Source of the DNA: Phoronis australis
Lineage: Eukaryota; Animalia; Phoronida
NCBI GenBank assembly: GCA_002633005.1
Contig: NMRA01000994.1
Location: 23,403-61,745, forward strand
DNA length: 38,343 bases
Direction: 5' to 3'
Part shown: positions 1-12,506 of the stretch, one piece after another
How the letters are laid out: every line of letters begins with the position of its first letter
Position numbering within the stretch: the stretch's first letter is position 1
Made by a program: the position numbers and the translations under genes
The notes under the pieces: model-generated
Database searches by the model: none
Seen by the model: only the letters and a program-made list of their open reading frames with translations
Told to the model about the DNA's origin: nothing

Positions 1-152
1 TTTTTTTTTAAATGATAGTTTTAAGTGTAGAATGTATTTTTGACGAGGTGAAAACTCGAAATCGGTAACACAAATCCGGTCACTGCCCGTTTGAAATACA
101 CTGAAGTAACGAAATGAGTACAGAAAGCGAATGGAAGTATTGTAGCCCCTAG

Positions 153-344
153 ATGGCCCCGCGTTGGTTTGAATGCACTAAATCTCCCCTTACTCCCAGC
201 TCTCCTAATGTTGTTTATCCATTTTTCACGAAATTCTTGGCTTGCAGGGAACTCATAAAAATTCAGATTTTTATCTCTCTTGTTGTTTTTGAAGCAGCCA
301 GGAACACAACAAGTGTATTCGCCGTAAGTTTTCTTCGCGCTCAT
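153..344 (-). pseudogene. THAP zinc-finger N-terminal fragment, probably from a DNA transposon
   Basis: ATG at 344 gives MSAKKTYGEYTCCVPGCFKNNKRDKNLNFYEFPASQEFREKWINNIRR...KPTRGH, with the THAP hallmarks CxxxxC, FxxFP and the conserved W. The closing CxxHF is not at canonical spacing, so the domain looks interrupted. Upstream sequence at about 425-452 (- strand ATAGCGGATTTGCAGCGACGCCATATTG) resembles an ISL2EU/Harbinger-type end (inference). Confidence 0.75.
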
Positions 345-1336
345 ACCGCTTATTATGCTTGTTACTATGGCCGCTTTCGGAATCCTGACCACAGCACCCA
401 CAATGCACCATTTTAACCTAATTTCAATATGGCGTCGCTGCAAATCCGCTATAGGGATTAACCATCAGTTAAGTTAGACTTGTGGAGAAAACAAATATTG
501 GCCAACATGTGCAGACACCAAGTACATACATATAGTCCTGGAATACCAACAGCTAACACTGGCTGAAACCATCAACACAAGCTGACACACGTCATTAGGC
601 ATGCCAGAACTACATGAGCTAAATGACTTGACAATCACTTTGCACACAGTGACCGCTTGTCATGAATGAGGCAGACAGAACATCCAGTTTACGTTAATTT
701 GTAATTTTTTCTTGAATGGGAAACGTTACGAAAGAACATTCTACTCCGGTGACTCCATTTGAAACACGGCAAGTTTTAACTAAAGACACCTGAATACTTT
801 TCAGTAGATTTTTCACAAAATCGCTGACGTCAAAAAGTCTGTTTATCAGAAGCGCTGATCAACGATCCTTTTGTAGGGAGCGGAGCAATTACCACATTAG
901 TGATGACTACAGGGCAATAAAACACTGGCTAAAATAAATTGATAAATAATGAACTAAAAGTGGAATTTTTCATACCGCTTGATTTTTGAAATTGAACTCC
1001 TCCTGAAAGTTAGGGACTCGCTGAGGTATTGTTGTAGTAAATTACAGGTGGGTAGATCATTGACCTGTGAGTTGTGTTGCACAAGAAGGCTTAACAATAG
1101 ACTGGATTAAGTAGATTGAGCCTCAATTTGGAAAACACTGTTGTCTGGAGTTGAATGCAAACAGTTTTACAATGCCATCACTTGAAAAACTATTTGCCCT
1201 GCATTATCGCAGTTCTAAGCATTGTAATCAGATGGTAACATTACCCTATAATCTTATCACTTTGGCACACAGTATGGCGGACAAGTGAAATCTAATTTCA
1301 TATAAGATGTGTAGCACCAAATCAAAACTTTTCCAT

Positions 1337-1555
1337 ATTCAAACTGTGTACCACAACTACTAATACACATTCAAACTGTGTACCACAACTACTAATGCAC
1401 ATTCAAACTGTGTACCACAACTACTAATACACATTCAAACTGTGTACCACAACTACTAATACACATTCAAACTGTGTACCACAACTACTAATACACATTC
1501 AAACTGTGTACCACAACTACTGATACACATTCAAACTGTGTACCACAATTACTAA
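1337..1555. repeat. 32-bp minisatellite, about 7 copies
   Basis: Unit attcaaactgtgtaccacaactactaatacac starts at 1337, 1369, 1401, 1433, 1465, 1497 and 1529 with few substitutions. Confidence 0.97.
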
Positions 1556-1807
1556 CATACAATATGTTTAAAAAATACAGACATTCACAACAATGTTAGA
1601 AGACTTTGAAAAATGACAAAAGAACAAATTTGGCGATAATTTTGTTCAATACTGTTGAGATTTTAATATCTCATCCACACTTTGCCAGCTTTGAATTGCA
1701 ACAGCTGGCTCATGGAAATACAAAATGTGAACCACATCTAAATTTCAAGCATTAATGACAAAATAACATCAAGCAATTATCGAAATCCCGAAATCACGCA
1801 AAATATG

Positions 1808-2022
1808 GCATGACCATGAGTAAAGTTGCAAGTCAACATCCTTTACAAGTGCTCTACTGCACAGAAATGCTACTTGCAAGTCAACATCCTAGACAAGTGC
1901 TCTACTGCACAGAAATGCATGACCATGAGTAGTAAAGTTGCAAGTCAACATCCTTGACAAGTGCTCTACTGCACAGAAATGCTACTTGCAAGTCAACATC
2001 CTTGACAAGTGCTCTACTTCAC
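1808..2022. repeat. Compound tandem repeat: four copies of a core of about 45 bp arranged as two dimers
   Basis: Core ttgcaagtcaacatcctNNacaagtgctctactgcacagaaatgc occurs four times. Copies 1 and 3 are preceded by gcatgaccatgagta(gta)aag. Confidence 0.92.
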
Positions 2023-2430
2023 AACTTCCAAATAAGCTGAATTAAAGCAAACTCATACAACATAAATAACAAACAATGCTTCACGGCAAAACTAAAGCAT
2101 GGTAGAATAAAATTTAGTCATTACCGAGAGATTTCAAGGCATTTTGCTGTCCAGTCGCATACATGGTGCATGCCAACATCACGATGCAGTTCTGGTGAAC
2201 AAGGGTGTGTCAAGGTATTTACAGGGCTTCAGTCACATCATCGTCAAAACCCTCATATAGTCACTTTTGTCACATATCATACGTGCTGGTTCTTTAAAAG
2301 AGACCTGAACTACATGTTTCAGCATAAACACTATAAAGGTTGGTTAATGATGTTCACATCTTCTTCAATTAATTTGAAAAAATAAATATTTATTAGTTTC
2401 GGAAAACCCCAATGCGAGCGCTGTTTTACT

Positions 2431-3896
2431 TGACGTCACTGAGGCTGTACATCACAAAGAGGGTTGGTATAGGTCATTGGCCATGCGAGTACATATTCCA
2501 GTCAACAAATTAACCTGTGCATACTCAAAACATTTTTGTTTTTCTTCCTTGTCACGTTGGTCCATCCCGGGGCCTAGCCAGTCAGCTAGGTGTGTGTCAC
2601 TCAGGTTCCCTGTGTGTCTGTTAGCATGTAGAGAACATGCAGGTATCATTTAATTTTCCTTGAGGAATTATTTACACTTGCATTTCTGATTGGCTGGTCG
2701 AACTCTCAAAAGGTAGGGCTTTACGTAAACAAACTGACATGACTGATGGAAGAAATGTAAATGTGGTTTGTTGTACAGACAAGTCGGTGATTAATTCATG
2801 TTCAAGAAATGTGAATCAGAAAATTATTACAACTTTTGCGAGTGTATTTTTCAACTGTCGATGACTTTTGTTTACTTTGCTGTCCTGTATTCACACAGTA
2901 TGAATAACACACCTGTTAAATCAGCCAGATGTGTGTGCATCGTACATATGTGCTTCAAGTACGCAGCTAATAAAACTTTACTGCAGAAATGAAATATTTG
3001 CTGTCACGCCACTAGCAAGACATGGCTAAAAATGGTTCATAGTCAGACATTTTCTGTCTTTGTTTTCAAGCTTACCAATGACTGCTGAGATTACATCAAT
3101 CAACAATAAAATGCATGCTACTGAATGATACCTGCCTGTTCTCTCCCCCTAGCGGACACACAGGGAACAACCGAAACTGTATTAAGACTATCTTCAAAAT
3201 ACAGGTAGGTACCAGTACCACTGTGTGTTGAGCTCCCTTAAGACGCCAAAATTTTACACAGGTAGTTCTGCTCGTCACCTCACCGTGAAAGTTATATCAA
3301 CATGTAGATGTATAAACCGGCAGGTGGACACACAAAATCTGGGTGTCAACTGACACTCACCTTGCCAGCTGGAGCCGTTAAAGTGAAAGACAATCTCAAA
3401 CGTCATTTTCTTGAGAAATTCTCCACCTTTTGTAACAAAGAAAAGTCACTTTGAAAACTCCTGACACTTGCTTGCGCCATTTCCGAAAATTTTGCGACAT
3501 TTCTCCAGAGATGATGACAGCTTCACAAGAGCGAAATTTGTTCTGAAATTCGGTTTGCTTGTATCAAAATACTAAAAACTATTAATTTAAATAAAATGAA
3601 ACCAGTTCCAATAATTTGTAGCGACATGTACGCAACTTCGTGGAAGAAAAGAACAGTTCGATTGCTTGTTGAACATGGGAGAACTCAAGAAATGAAACTG
3701 GCCAATAAGACAACAGGTGGCAGCTCCGAAAGCCGACCCAAAAGAGCGCAACCCTAATTTAGTAGTAGCAGAGTGAACGACATGAGTTATACACATTAAG
3801 CACAGTTCTGTAGGCCTTTACCCAATGAGCTATACATGCATAATAAGTTAAATTTATCTTATTGCCTTCACCCACGGTACAGCCTCAGTGACGTCA
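2431..3896. mobile_element. Segment bounded by a perfect 20-bp inverted repeat; probable non-autonomous DNA transposon
   Basis: tgacgtcactgaggctgtac (2431-2450) is the exact reverse complement of gtacagcctcagtgacgtca (3877-3896). True termini and TSD were not identified. Confidence 0.55.
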
Positions 3897-4093
3897 GATG
3901 TGTGTTAGCCAATAGGAATTAACATTAGTAAAACACCTTTTTTACAAAAACGCGAAAGGATAACAAAGATGTGATCTCTGATATGGACTTTATTCATAAA
4001 CTAAATTACATTAAAAATGCATGTTTTTATAATTCAGGAACCTTCTAAGTTTTTGAAGAAATTTGCCAAACACTACACTAACTGTAGTTGTTA

Positions 4094-5950
4094 CCATAAG
4101 CGTTTGGGTTAACGCCCATGCTCAGTTAACCGCCCACCCCCTACTTTAGGTGGATTTTCGATTTAACCGCCCACCTGTCAGTTAAGCGCCTATCCCCGAC
4201 TTTTAAACAATGAAGATTTAGCGCCCAGTGCTAAGGAAACGCGCGATTCCCTGTCTTTTAGAAAACGATCAATGATCACAATGAGCGCAAAGATGTCGGG
4301 CCTCCTAGACGGTGATTCAGCAATGTGCATTACAATACAAGTAACGAGTTATGGTCTTGGGTCATGGACTCACTTCAAAATATATACTTTAACGTTTTTG
4401 TCACTTTAGTTTCTTCCCATGTTTGCAAAGTTTAAGGATGCCACCAGCGTCAAAACCTCCATAACTGCTGGGTTATAGAGCATGTGTGGTGACCGAAGAG
4501 ACTAAGGGCCTTACTGGGTTACCAATTTCGTTGCTGCCTATCGATTTCTGAATTCAAAGGTTGGCAATAATGTATGTTTGTGTATGATCTTGAGGTAATA
4601 AAAACTGCTAGTCAAATTTTGGTTTTCGTTTATTGCATCTCAGTCAAACTGGCGATAGCAGATTTAACTAATGTTGCTGGCTGTTCTTTAATATATTGGC
4701 CAGTTTCAGCCTGAACAAAAATTCTTACCATTCAAGTCTGAAATATCTACGACGAAGACTGACTGAAAATTGGCGATAGTGGGTAGGAGGTGCACGCAGG
4801 TAGCTACGGGCATGGGCTTAGGGAGCAACGAGCCGGGAAATATGGGAATAGACTTGACATCGCAGTTTTGGGGAACATTGGCAATGGAGGAATATCGTAA
4901 AGAACTGGGTCGTTCGTAACAGCTTAAAAGTACTTAGTCACACCAGTTTCTGTTACTCAGGACTGTCGCTATTCTCTTTTGATGTGTGACTTTGTAGTGG
5001 TGCACGCGCGCAAGTTCCCACACTTTGGAGTGCATGTTACCTTGACACCAACATGTGATTGACAGGTGACTCACACATAGGCCCTACCTGGGAGCTGAAT
5101 CCCCCCGCTATCTTTGGCCATAAAAAACGAGATGCATATTGAAAGAGGCCGTTACATTACTTGACGGCATTTCCAAGTCATGATTGTCAGCCGACAGACA
5201 TTGCGCACTAACAGCGGGACCGAACAGGGCCACAGTGCGATATTGTAAGTGATATAAATAGGATAATCTGGCAAGTGAGCAATGCCGGGCGGTAGAGATA
5301 AAACAGCTAGCCGCAGAACCATACGCTGAAAATGACATTGAGTCACGGATTGTCAACTACAAACATCCCAAACACAAAAAACATCTGAATTTAGTTTTTC
5401 AAATTTTATTACAACAGCACTGTTCTCTGATTATGAACTTGACAGCTAGTACGAGGTGACCTCTGCAACACGTGAAGCTTGCACGCGCGCACTTTAGCAA
5501 GGTCACATCTTGAAATAGTGGTAATCCAAGTAGAGGCTGCGTGGTCACTGGTCGTCTGCGCTATACAGGGCAAAGTAGCAAGACCACAGGACGGCACGGG
5601 CTATTACTCAGCAATTCTGTAAATTTCATAGTGAATAGCTAATCTGAGGGCAATAGAACCTTTGTTGGGATCATCCGCTGTTACGACACTTTTCCCGTCA
5701 TGTGGCGTTAAAGCTCTTTGAAAAGTGCTACGCGTTCCGAGTACGTGTGTGCTGTGGGGACTTAGATCACGAGGTAAGATTATCCGCCCAGAGCGGTTGC
5801 CTGTCGTAATAAGCGCCCATGTTCCATTAACCGCCCACCCTGGATTTCTTGAATTTCGCGTTTAAGCGCCCATGTCTGATTAACCGCCCACCCCCGATTT
5901 TTTGGGTTTGCCAATTTAACCGCCCAGGGCGTTAACCCAAATGTTTACGG
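4094..5950. mobile_element. Non-autonomous Tc1/mariner (pogo/Tc2-type) element
   Basis: 24-bp TIRs: ccataagcgtttgggttaacgccc and gggcgttaacccaaatgtttacgg (21/24 match). TA on both flanks (4092-4093, 5951-5952). Arrays of ttaaccgcccaccc / taagcgccc at both ends. No transposase ORF. Confidence 0.85.
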
Positions 5951-6474
5951 TAAGTTACAAACAAGAGCAATGCGGAGCCTTGACATGCGCCAATGAATGC
6001 ATCGCAAATGTTGTGCTTTTAGGGTTATTTATTTGCATCATAAAAATGGCCACTAGATGGCGAAAAAACTTACAATCCATCCAAAGACGGGAACACGCCA
6101 TATTTCATAAAAATCAAGGAATATCAGAGAAACAAAGGAAACAGAATAAAATGAAAGTGTCACTCATAGGCACAGCGTCCGTTGGATCCGCCTGTAAGTC
6201 ATCGTATGTTGTAATCTTCATAAAAATACACTTACTAAATTTAATAAAGATCCTGCAGTAGATTTAGGAGATAAAAATTAACAGATAAACAGATTAAATT
6301 AAGATACAATAAGATACATTAAATAAAATAGTATTTACAAATTGGATAAACAAATTGAATTAAAGATAAATAAATATATAAAAATTTTTGGTAAATATAT
6401 TGGAAAGACAAGGAGGGACATCTATGACGACCACAGGTAACTGATGACGTGGTGTCTGAAATTATCATAACAAT

Positions 6475-8530
6475 CAGCATCCTTAAGACTATTAGGCAAA
6501 TTGTTCCACTGTTTGATGGTCTGAATAAAGAAGGACTTAGAATAAAACTATTTTCTTTTGTCTGGGCAAAACCAAATTGTTTGAGGCAGAAAATCTTGTC
6601 CTGATCTGACTAAAAAGAGATCATTTATAAAAAGTAAAAACAGCAGAGGTCCCAGGATGGATCCCTGGGGAACACCGTGTGTGATACCTCGGGACTCAGA
6701 CAGATGTCTACCAAGGGATACAACCTGGCACCTCTCTGAGAGATATGATTTAAACCAGTCTAGGTAGACCTTGCCCACCTTGTAAATTAACAATTTGCTT
6801 AGAAGTATATTGTGATCAACGAGATCAAAAGCTTTTTAAAATCCAAAAATACTACACCAACGTTGTGACCACTATCTACACCCTGAGCCCAGCCGTTAAC
6901 AATATTAATGAGGGAAGTTTCACAGGAGTGCTCACTTCTGAAACCAGACTGAGATGCAACTACTAAGTCATGCTCAGTCAAAAATGAATAAAAGGTATTG
7001 TGAACATGCTTTTCCAACAATTTAGACAAGACCGGTAAAATTGAAATTGGTCTGTAATTGTTTACATTGTCAGTAGCACGCCTTTGTGTAAAGGGGATAC
7101 TTTTGCAAGTTTCCACAAACTAGGAAATTTGGAAGTTTTAATGCTATGGTTTAAAAGATAGGTAATGGATGGTGTCAGCTCCTCATGAGCTAGTTTCAAA
7201 ATTTTGGAGCTGACATCATCCATTCCAGCGGCTTTATTAAGATTAAGACTATTTAAGAACTTATTTACAAATTCCATATTTACCAGAGGAATATCATAAC
7301 CAATGTCACTATCAACTCTGGAACTAACAAAGTCAATCAAATCTGGAACTAACAAAGTCAATCAAATCTGGAACTAACAAAGTCAATCAAATCTGGAACT
7401 AACAAAGTCAATCAAATCTGGAACTAACAAAGTCAATCAAATCTGGAACTAACAAAGTCAATCAAATCTGGAACTAACAAAGTCAATCAAATCTGGAACT
7501 AACAAAGTCAATCAAATCTGGAACTAACAAAGTCAATCAAATCTGGAACTAACAAAGTCAATCAAATCTGGAACTAACAAAGTCAATCAAATCTGGAACT
7601 AACAAAGTCAATCAAATCTGGAACTAACAAAGTCAATCAAATCTGGAACTAACAAAGTCAATCAAATCTGGAACTAACAAAGTCAATCAAATCTGGAACT
7701 AACAAAGTCAATCAAATCTGGAACTAACAAAGTCAATCAAATCTGGAACTAACAAAGTCAATCAAATCTGGAACTAACAAAGTCAATCAAATCTGGAACT
7801 AACAAAGTCAATCAAATCTGGAACTAACAAAGTCAATCAAATCTGGAACTAACAAAGTCAATCAAATCTGGAACTAACAAAGTCAATCAAATCTGGAACT
7901 AACAAAGTCAATCAAATCTGGAACTAACAAAGTCAATCAAATCTGGAACTAACAAAGTCAATCAAATCTTTATGAGTGGCATGTGTATCTTTAAGATCAC
8001 GAGTAAGTTTGCTAGCTATGTCAGTAAAAAATTTGTTAAAATTATTGGCGATCTGAAATTTATCATGAACGCACTTCTCATCAATCTTTAACATGGCAAG
8101 TGATGAGGATTTTTGTTTAGGAGCAACTTGTCTGATGATTTTCCATAACACTTTGGAATTTTTGAGATTACTACTGATCAGTGAAGAGTAATAGTCACTC
8201 TTAGCCTTTTTAATCATTGTTACAACAAACGATTTCGCTCTGATTTGTAGCCCTCATAATTTCCGCACCTACGTAAACTGTCCCTGAGCTTTATAGCTTC
8301 AAAAATGTCATCACTGAACCATTCAGGCTGACGTAATCTCTTCACACGTCTAGTTTTCCATGGAGCATGTTCCTCTAAAATGCTGTTAAATAACTTGTAC
8401 CATGCATCAAGAGCATCATCAACCTCATCATAGGCTTCGATGACTGACCAGGGAGCAAGAGCAAGATCTGATTTGAAGGCCTAGTCATCAAAGTTTTTAA
8501 ACGATCTATAGGTCACATACTCATGATGAA
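6475..8530 (-). mobile_element. Decayed CR1/L2-type LINE ORF2 (reverse transcriptase) relic
   Basis: Ordered frameshifted pieces: YRSFKNFDD...HAPWKTRRVK...EWF; IKKAKSDYY...LWKII; KAAGMDDVSSKILK...FPSLWKLAKVSPLHKG; NNYRPISILPVLSKLLEK...QSGFR...VVFLDFKK; [20 protein letters not shown]; then the C-terminal SFFIQTIKQWNNLP at about 6490-6535. The YADD region is deleted. Confidence 0.95.
7317..7969. repeat. 25-bp minisatellite, about 26 identical copies, inside the LINE
   Basis: Unit gaactaacaaagtcaatcaaatctg repeats with period 25 from 7321 to 7946. On the - strand it is LINE coding sequence (DLIDFVSSR). Confidence 0.98.
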
Positions 8531-11500
8531 ATTTGTAGACTGCCACAGAACTGCAGATCCACAAAATGATGTAGGCTACCATAAGACTATAATAATGCCA
8601 GGCACTATAACTATTGTTCAATTACATAAAATTCTAAAATTGTTTTGACCAGTGGCTAATTGGGGCATGGGCTTGGCTTTGCTTTGATTAGCTAGGGGGA
8701 TCATACCTCTTTACAACAATAAATTTTCTTCACTTAGTACACAACATGGCCGACAAGATAAATTATATTTTGTCAAATTTCTCCACAAAATTAAGATCAA
8801 GAACTCTTACTAACACGGTTTGTAATGTGCAGATGTCATAAAACATTTGGTGAAGTTTCCATTGTTTCTAGCAAATGGACTTTTAAAAAACAATTTAGGC
8901 AATTGTACGAAACATATCGAGAACTACCTATAATATTCATGAGTTCTATATTTAAAATGATATATCATATAACCATTTTCAGTTCCACACACGGGCTTTG
9001 CAAAAACTCACAGTCCCAGATAATAAAAATCTGCCACTGAATAACGTCTATCAAAAATCCATGATGGACAAACCAACGCCCAATCTCATGACTGCAAATA
9101 AATGTGTTCACTTAAAGATGACTGGTGTTGAATGGTCACCGAACCTGAGCAATACTAAACCCACAACCACTGCTTCCCTGCCAATACTAAGCTGTTTACC
9201 CAAAGCCACCATCACATTCTTGGCAAAAATTGAACTGTGGACATGCTGGCTGGAAGTCAATATAACAATTTCCATCTAAATCACATATGAATGCCCTTAT
9301 TTTAACCTGCTAATTGAAAATAAGAAATAGTTGCAAATTTACTCATGATACCAGGGCAAAGTCTGCATCATGTTGCCACATTTAAAACAATTCCCATGAC
9401 TCATTAGATTCACTTTTAGGTGGCATGCCAAATAAATCTCATAACAGACACCATGAGGGATCAATGACAAGAGTAATGGCATTGCATCAACTCAGGTGAA
9501 TGTGGGCATCCACTCAACAGTGGCTTGCCTGCTCAGTTTGCCGCAAGCAGTGTTCAGAGTCATCATGGTGTCTTGGCATTCAAATGGTAATGAATAATTA
9601 CATAACAGCCCAACTGAGCTGTAATTCACCACTGCCAAGATGGAATAGCACTCACCTCAGATTTTCTATTTCATGTACTTGTCACGGCACTTGTAAAATG
9701 TTGAAATGCAACATTTTTGCTTTCAGCTAACTTTAAACAGTTATGCAGACATACAAGAATGCAAATCCTGTTAATGAATGTTCTTAAATAACAACCTTTT
9801 AATGGATGTTAATAACAACATCTAGACAAAGCAGGCGCATTCATTTATTTGTTGATAACAAAGAGATCTGCCTGTCTGTTTTGGTAACAACAGCAAATTA
9901 CAGTGAACTTTGGAATTTCTGACACTTTCACAAGTAAGAAATGATTTACTGACAGAACTTAAAAAATGTAAATTAAGACTCTTCTTAGATTATGTAACAA
10001 TACACTGACAATAATGTCATTTTTAATTAGCAGACTTTATGTTTTGAAATTAGTGAGAAAGCCAAAATAATACAACTCACCTCACGACAGGTCTCCCTCG
10101 TGGAAATTGTACAACTGAATTATTACTAAACAAGTGCTAGACTGTACTGTGACAATGGCTGATGCATGGAGCCAGCCAATGTATTGGACAATAAAACAAA
10201 GACTTGGCTTGCAGCAGCTGTGACTAATGCCCTATGAGGACAGGTCACTCAACTCTGGCCATGTGCCATGTTTAACTTATTATGGGCATTACAACCAATG
10301 GTGCATAGTATAATTGGTAATTGATTCATAGAAAATTGCAAACAATTAAATTCAGGGTTTCAGAGAAAGTGGATTACAAACCATAAAACTGCCACCAGGG
10401 GGCGCAACAATAGTGGCATTTGTGAGGTTTAGATGACCTACTTTAATAGACTGAAATGATCTCCTTTACTTTTGTGAAAAAACCAACAAAATTTCACTTG
10501 TCAGTCTTACTCAGTGTTCTCCACGACTGCTTTTAATGTGTCGCAGTGTCCTGTTTGGCTGAAAGCGCGTCCTGTTTAAATGTCCCGCGACCTGTTTAAA
10601 AATCCTGCGACCGTTATGAAAAATAGGGACCAGCTTGTAAAAAATACGTCGTCATCGTTAATAAGGTCTTCACTGGTTCAAATTACACTTAGCAGCAACT
10701 GGCCTGATCACTGATCTCATTCAAGGGGCAGACTGGGTTGCTAATCTATTTACGGTGTAAGGCCTATGTTACTGCAGACTGCAATGTTATGTTACGTTGT
10801 GTTATACCGATTTAGGCGTACGAATACACTTGCTTCCCGCCATGTAAGAAGACTTTCTTCAGTGTAGTTCTTGCGCCAGATGTCGCTCTCTCTGACTATT
10901 TATTCTGGTACCGCTCTATTTGAACGCCATTCCACAAACGTTTTATGGTGGATGAACGTCAATGTACATAGTTAGTTTCTTCGGAATTTTGGTTGGACTT
11001 GGGGCGATATTGGCGTGAGTACTCATGTTTCTTACAATACAGTTTATTTGCATTCATTAGTATGTTAGTTTTTCATGTTCTCTCAGGTGTACTTAATGTT
11101 TTGAATGCTTGTCATTAATGTATACCCTTTGTCAGTTATCATTTTACTTGGGCGTTGTCCTCCTAAATGTTACTGTATATACATGGTAGAGCCCTATGCA
11201 ACATGTAAGCTTGAACATGGTTTTTTTTGGTTCTTTCAGTTTACCTACTACTACTACTACTGCTATCACGCCTCCTACTACCGCAACATATGTCAATAAA
11301 GAGTAAAGCCCCCCGAACCTGTTTGTTTTGCTCCAACAGGCACTATTTTCTTGCAATAAACAATGTTGGAAAGCAAGTACAGGAGTGGTGTTGGAAGGAA
11401 TTAAACACATCAACAACCTCCTCAGGTGATCCTCTATGCGCAAAAGGTATTTATAACAACGTGACTTTGATGGCTTAGTCGGTGCGAGGCATAATTCGCC

Positions 11501-12120
11501 GAAAAGCTTCCGGCGTACAGACCGCCTATAGCCTCTGCACCGCCTCTGGTTTGGGCCAACAGAGGCGATGGTCNCAATAAACAATGTTGGAAAGCAAGTA
11601 CAGGAGTGGTGTTTCGGTCCGGGGTGTCCTGTCCGATCCCCAGGGTTTCTTGTTTTAGAGGTCGGGGTGTGCGGTAGTACGTTTTTGACTCTGGTCTATC
11701 TGCTTAACACCGTAATACCAGTTTTGATGGAACATCTTGCTTGAAACGAATACCTCGGAACTCAACAACCACAAAATCACTGACAGAAAAAACACTTATC
11801 AGTCCCTCTGATGAAGGGGGATATGCCTCCGGTGAAGTGGGCGGATTTTCAGCTTGTGCTTTGGGTGAAGTTTGTGGATTTTTCAGCTGGTTGCTATAGT
11901 GAATGAAGGGAACCTTCAGTGCATGTGTTCTTCACCGCAGTGTGTGTCGACGTTACTGTTAGCCGTGAACTGTCGCTAAACGGGGAGTACTTGGCTCAGT
12001 AGATGATTAACAGTGGCTTTAACAATTCTTCATAGATATTTGTTCAAATTAATCATACACACCTTTTAAAAATTGAGTCATGAAAAGTAAATCTTTACTT
12101 TATAGTGGCTGCAAAAGATG

Positions 12121-12506
12121 GTCACATTTCTTACATCATGTCACATCTGTAACAAACGGTTACAGATGTGACTTGAAATGTTTTTTGATTTTTTTGGAAC
12201 TGGTTTGAGATACATTTGAGAAATTTTGCTAAATTATGTTGATTAGGGTGAATAAAGAGAAAATTAAATTGTGTTAAAATTGATTTACTTTTATTCCTAA
12301 AATCAAAACTGTTGTTACTTAAATGTTACAGATGTGACTTTCACTAATTTGAAAGTTTAATTGGAAATACTAATTATCAAAACATCAGATAGTTTCAACT
12401 GTTAGTATACTTCTTGTGTAGCAAATGATATATTAAAACAATTTTGGCATTTATTTCTTCATGTCTGTAGAAAAAATTATGAAAAAAGTTATGTCACATC
12501 TGTAAC
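12121..12506. repeat. Cluster of a 14-bp motif (gtcacatctgtaac) in both orientations; probable DNA-transposon subterminal region cut by the gap
   Basis: Exact copies at 12140-12153 (+), 12159-12172 (-), 12325-12338 (-) and 12493-12506 (+), plus a degenerate copy at 12121. Confidence 0.6.

Noticed and set aside
7317-7969. Regular short repeats here and at 1337, 21567, 27815 and 32921 as CRISPR arrays
   Set aside because: The units are head-to-tail with no unique spacers, there are no cas genes, and the context is eukaryotic.
11574-11613. Exact repeat of about 39 bp of 11354-11392
   Set aside because: It begins immediately after a single N, so it is most likely a contig-join artefact.
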